Below, one piece after another: positions 59,756 through 64,000 of a DNA stretch of 64,000 nt. The stretch's first letter is position 1, and every line of letters starts with the position of its first letter. This DNA is from Bilabrum cf. latius (Eukaryota): NCBI GenBank assembly GCA_965178125.1, contig OZ237736.1, positions 372,001-436,000 on the forward strand, written 5' to 3'. The notes below the pieces were generated by a model. The model searched no databases and was not told the DNA's origin. It worked only from the letters and a program-made list of their open reading frames with translations. A program made the translations under genes and the position numbers.

Positions 59756-62127
59756 ATGGCGCACGCAGATGTCACCATAGCCTCTGCCAGCGAAGACGGT
59801 ACATTATTATGTTGGGATGCATCCAGTCTGACCCCCTTGAGTCGGCACAACCAGGCGACGTTGTAGCGAAACTGTAAGACGAGGCACACAGACTGCCCAG
59901 GTGCAACAGCAACACTGCTGCTAGCACCGGACATAATTGATTCGTAGAACATGCAGTTTATCACGGGATAGAGTGTATTCCGCACATTTCCTGCATTTGG
60001 ATGATCGCAGGTCTCAGGGTTGTCAACGGGTGCACCCCAGACTCTGTCATGCCGAGCGCACAGTACCTGTCAGGGGTGCATGCCTCAAAGCCGTCTTTCT
60101 GCAGCTGGCGCTTCGCAAAGACTTCCCCAGCGCTCTAGTTTTCTGCTCCAGAGCGTCTGTCGTGCCTTGCCTACTGCCCCACAGGCACCTTCGCAGCTGC
60201 GGGGTCCTCGAGCGGCCGCTTGTATGTGTGGGACGTCACCTCGGGTGCTCTCCAGGGCGTCATCAGGGCACACCTTAGGGGCGTATCGGCCGTCGAGTTC
60301 AACTCCTCGGGCGATCAGATCGTGACCGGAGGGGAGGACGGCCAGATCCACCTGTGGTTCCTTCAGGAGATCATCGGCCTGCCGTACGGGCCGGGGGGCA
60401 GGGCCAAAGCAGTCGCCGGGCTTGGGCTGCCCGCCGCATCGGGAAAGGCACCCGCGGGGAGCGGCGCGTCATTGCAAGCTGCATCATCATCATCATCATC
60501 ATCATCGTCGTCGTCGTCGTCGTCCTCGGCAGCTGCCGCTGGTAGGCAGCCGGCCGCCAGCCCCTTCGCGGGAGGAATTGGGCCCGGTTCAGGCATCATG
60601 AGCATGGGCGGCATGGGCGGGCGGGCCTCCCGAGAGAACAGGGTGCGACCAACGGTCACGTGGAGGCACAGCCCGTTGCCGATCACCGCACTGCGGTGCG
60701 CCCCGGGGGATATTGGTGGGTCCTTCCGTTTTGTGGCGAGTTCCAAAGACGGTGCAGTCCACAGATACCTGTCTTGCCTCAGAGATGGCCCGGAGCTGCG
60801 TGTGAAGCTGCCGGGGGGTGAGACCCCCGAGTGCCTGTGCATCGACTCGGTGACCGGCACCGCGCTCGCCGGCTGTTCCTCGGGAAACATCGCGTTCGTG
60901 GACTGGAGCGGGGTGGTGGCGGCTTCTGCACACTCGTCACACCAGGGAGCCCCGGGGGCTGCAAGCAGCGGGAGCGGCGGGAGTGCCGCCGCGGCAGCAG
61001 CCCCTTCCCAGGAGGCGAGCAAGGGTGTCTCGCTGTTCCCCGCCCACTCGGGTGCAGTGCATTGTGCCGCCTCGCTGGTGGGACCCGGCCGAGACGTGGC
61101 CGTGACGGGGGGCGCTGACGGCAAGTGCTTGGTGTGGGATGTGCCTCGGAGGGTGTGCCTGCGCGTCTTTGACAGGCATCAGGCACCCGTGATGGCCCTC
61201 GAAGTGTTCCCCGCCAACCCGCTAGCGCACTTCACGGGCGGGGCCGTGGGCGTGAGCGGGTCGTCCGCCGGTGGTGCGTCATCTGGGGCAGCGGCGGGCG
61301 CGTCAGGGAACAAATCCGGAGCCAGGCCCGGGGCCGCCGCGGTGCTGCTGCCTCCCGTGCAGCTCAGGAAACAGCCGGCCAGCTCCACCGACTCGGAGCC
61401 GATAGTCCAAGGTTCCTCGGATCGATCGATTCCGAGTTACTCGCTGCCCTCGGGGAACACTGCAGCACTGGCCGCGTGCGAGGAGTACAACCTCAAGGTG
61501 CTTGCTGAGGCGGGCGCGGCGCCGGTCACGCGAGCCCCCCACGTCCCGCGCACGATCATCCTAGACAGGACCCGGCTTCCTGACGATAGCCTCGAAGCGA
61601 TGGGTGCGATGGATAGGGAGCTGGACGAGAAGCTGGCTGGGATGGTCAGCAGCAGGGCAAAGATGGTGCTTGAGGCCATCCGGACCACGGGCTCGGCGGA
61701 CGTGATCGAGTCGATGTTCCAGCCGGTGCACAGGGGAGGGGGGTGGGTGGGCGGGGGGTTGACCGCTGAGGTTGGGGCGAGCGGTGCGGTGAGCAGCAGT
61801 GGCATTGCCGGCAGCCTTGCCGCTGCTTCGAGTGCTAGCGCGGGTCCCCCTTCGAGTGGATCGGCGGCGATGGCGGCTGAATCAGATGGCGGCAATTGTG
61901 ATGCCGACGGGAAGAGTCCCTCCAAACGAGCACGCGTAGAAGCCGTCGAGAGCAAAGGACAAGGCAGCAGCACCCCCATGGAGGGAGCGTCCGGCGATAG
62001 CCAGGCAAGCGAGACTGACGACAAGGGAACCGCGAAGCAAATCGCAGCTCTGCGCCAGGAGAACGAAAGGTGGCGCGCGGTGGCAAAGCAGCTGTCAGCT
62101 CGGCTAGGGATCAAGTTGCCGTCTTGA
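59756..62127 (+). CDS. WDR18: WDR18/Ipi3 WD40 protein (Rix1 complex); intron 59874-60010
   Basis: APERLSCLAYCPTGTFAAAGSSSGRLYVWDVTSG..AHLRGV..IVTGGEDG, HSPLPIT and a C-terminal coiled coil LRQENERWRAV. TAG at 59864 and 60136; TGA stop. Confidence 0.82.
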
Positions 62128-62380
62128 GTGTTGTCTTGCAATCTGTATTTGAGTGCAATGTGATCGAAGCATGGATGGTCTACATTGGTAAGTGCATTTC
62201 GACCTTCTTGGATCTAGGTTCGCAGGCCCATGCTTGCTCAACGCGGATACATGGGCTGGACAAATTCGGAGCCAACTTGGAGTTAACGCCGATGCGACGC
62301 GTGGCCGTAGACCGTGCAGTCATCCTGCTCGCTGCATCGACTGCAGTCCAGGAAGCACTGCTGTAGTACCGCAAATTGAT

Positions 62381-64000
62381 ATGCTTAAGAAGTCAGATCA
62401 AACTATCAGCGACACTAGCAGCGATAATCAACCTGCGAGGAAGAGAAATCGCGTATTTACACCAGACCGTCGGCAACAAGTTCGCGAAGCTAGCCGTCTA
62501 CTTCGATAGAAGCGCAGGCAAGAGATATAGCAGCTACGGGATCGAGTTGAAGAGCTTGAAAAGGAGAATGCTGATTTGCACGCACAACTGGTGCAAGTAC
62601 CCGTGTAGACTAGCTCGCTCGCAGTGGGCCAAACTGTCTTCCGTAGTGGAGTAGCAGCTCTAGAACCGCCTGTTACACAATTAAGGGAGAAATCTTAGGA
62701 ACGTCCTGCTAGACATCCTATTGGAAGTGGCATACAACAGCAAGGTGCCGCCCTGCTTTCGCAATATACCGGTGAGTGGTGAAAGAATCGTGGCAGATCG
62801 AGCCACGCCAGCGCTCGCTCGCTCGAGAATTATCACAGCTCATATTGTGGCTGCAACAGACAGTCACGCTGCTACTTCGAAATTGATGTTAAATCATTTT
62901 CATCGTTCACAGGTAAAGGTGTTTTGCACATGGAGTCGCCGGAAAGACCAGCAACTCGTGCGGCGAAGGGCAGATTTGCGGCGGTACTGCCTTGCAACAG
63001 ATCACGTGGATTTCACGTCGTCACAAGTGAAGACCGCGCTTCAAGTACCGTTCAAGCCCGAAAACTTAGAGGAGTATCCTGCGCGCTGGACTTTCCGGGT
63101 ATTCGAGGCGCTGCACCGCCAAGTGATTAGCTCCCAGAGTCTCAGGCGCCTAGATTGATAGCAGTGCCGATTCAACAGCCGGCACAGACGTTCATCAAAG
63201 CGCCCAACCCTTTGCTACCAACAGCACTAGCAGCTGTCGATGATTCGGTTCTGCTGAGACGACAAAACTATTTGCGACCGCCGCTGAAAGACTCGCATCT
63301 GCTGCGCGAACCAGTGCATTCAGCTGCAAATCCCAATGGAAGATTACCCGGCGAGTACACGGGGATACAAGGAGCGCCATTTGTCTCGCAGTCCAGCCAT
63401 CACTACATGCTCGGTGGATCGACTGGGCGGCCTTGGTCAGCCGCCGCCTCGAGAGATTACCCGGACCTTGGCCATCGGACAGCGGCATGGCAGAAATAGC
63501 AGCAGCAACACCAACAAGACATCGGTCGCGGTGGTGCATCACATATGCAGGCAGACGGGCAAGCAGGCAGCCTTCCCGTGCCTCCCACCATGGCAGCATC
63601 CGGATCATGGCCATCGTCAGAACCTCCCACCATGGCAGCATCCGGATCATGGCCATCGTCAGGACGAGCTTTGAGAACGTCCACCGAGCAGCCGAAAAGG
63701 CAGTAGCAACAGCAGCACGGCAGTGGTGCGTGGCAGTTTAGGCTATCCCTTTTCGGGCCGAAGCAGACCAGCGTTTCCTGCGGCATAGCACCCTGCTCAG
63801 CACCGCCGCCACCCCCGCCCGATTCCTCGTCATCATCGACCACCGCAACGGTGCCAGAGGCCCGATCAGGGGCTGAGGCTGTAGCGTCAATAAAACTCAG
63901 CTAGCACACTGCTGATGAACACAAGCATGTCTCTGTCGTCACCAGCGCTTCCCAGTCCAGGTCACCCAGCAGCAGGGAGTCCAGCAGCTCGATTCAGTGG
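62381..64000 (+). CDS. bZIP-like transcription factor (3' end beyond the window); intron 62772-62912
   Basis: RRQQVREASRLLR[TAG]KRRQEI[TAG]QLRDRVEELEKENADLHAQL. The frame stays open except for TAG to the window end. Confidence 0.72.
63581..63662 (+). repeat. 42-bp-period tandem duplication (PPTMAASGSWPSS x2)
   Basis: cctcccaccatggcagcatccggatcatggccatcgtcag occurs twice. Confidence 0.95.

Noticed and set aside
1-64000. Mass pseudogenisation or sequencing error as the cause of the broken ORFs
   Set aside because: Interruptions are almost exclusively TAG, preserve frame, occur on both strands, hit essential genes and fall at Gln positions.

Overview
Gene-dense, GC-rich eukaryotic nuclear DNA. 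It has GT-AG spliceosomal introns of about 90-410 nt, a tRNA gene with a Pol III terminator, and LSm2, WDR75, WDR18, LYAR and HYOU1. Gene content suggests a heterotrophic protist, possibly a bicosoecid-like stramenopile, but this is unverified inference. The main signal is a non-standard genetic code. Most genes are split in the supplied ORF track by in-frame TAG codons (more than 70 counted by eye) and rejoin in one frame if TAG is read as sense. TAG falls at conserved Gln positions (RCC1 G-Q-L-G, DUF445 IF-Q) and inside poly-Q runs, so TAG=Gln. TGA ends most genes. TAA is seen internally only once and is the first non-TAG stop of four genes, so UAG and UAA appear decoupled. Under this code the window holds about 19 protein-coding genes. 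These include an ~8-TM histidine kinase, a ~3,700-aa RCC1/IPT/7TM receptor-like protein with a 591-bp x4 repeat, an A-family DNA polymerase, a UMP-CMP kinase fused to a CaMKII hub domain, an Arg5,6-type fusion and a bZIP-like factor. It also holds a 5'-truncated LINE that uses TAG as sense and a tRNA-Val(CAC). All translations and counts were done by hand; no database search was run.
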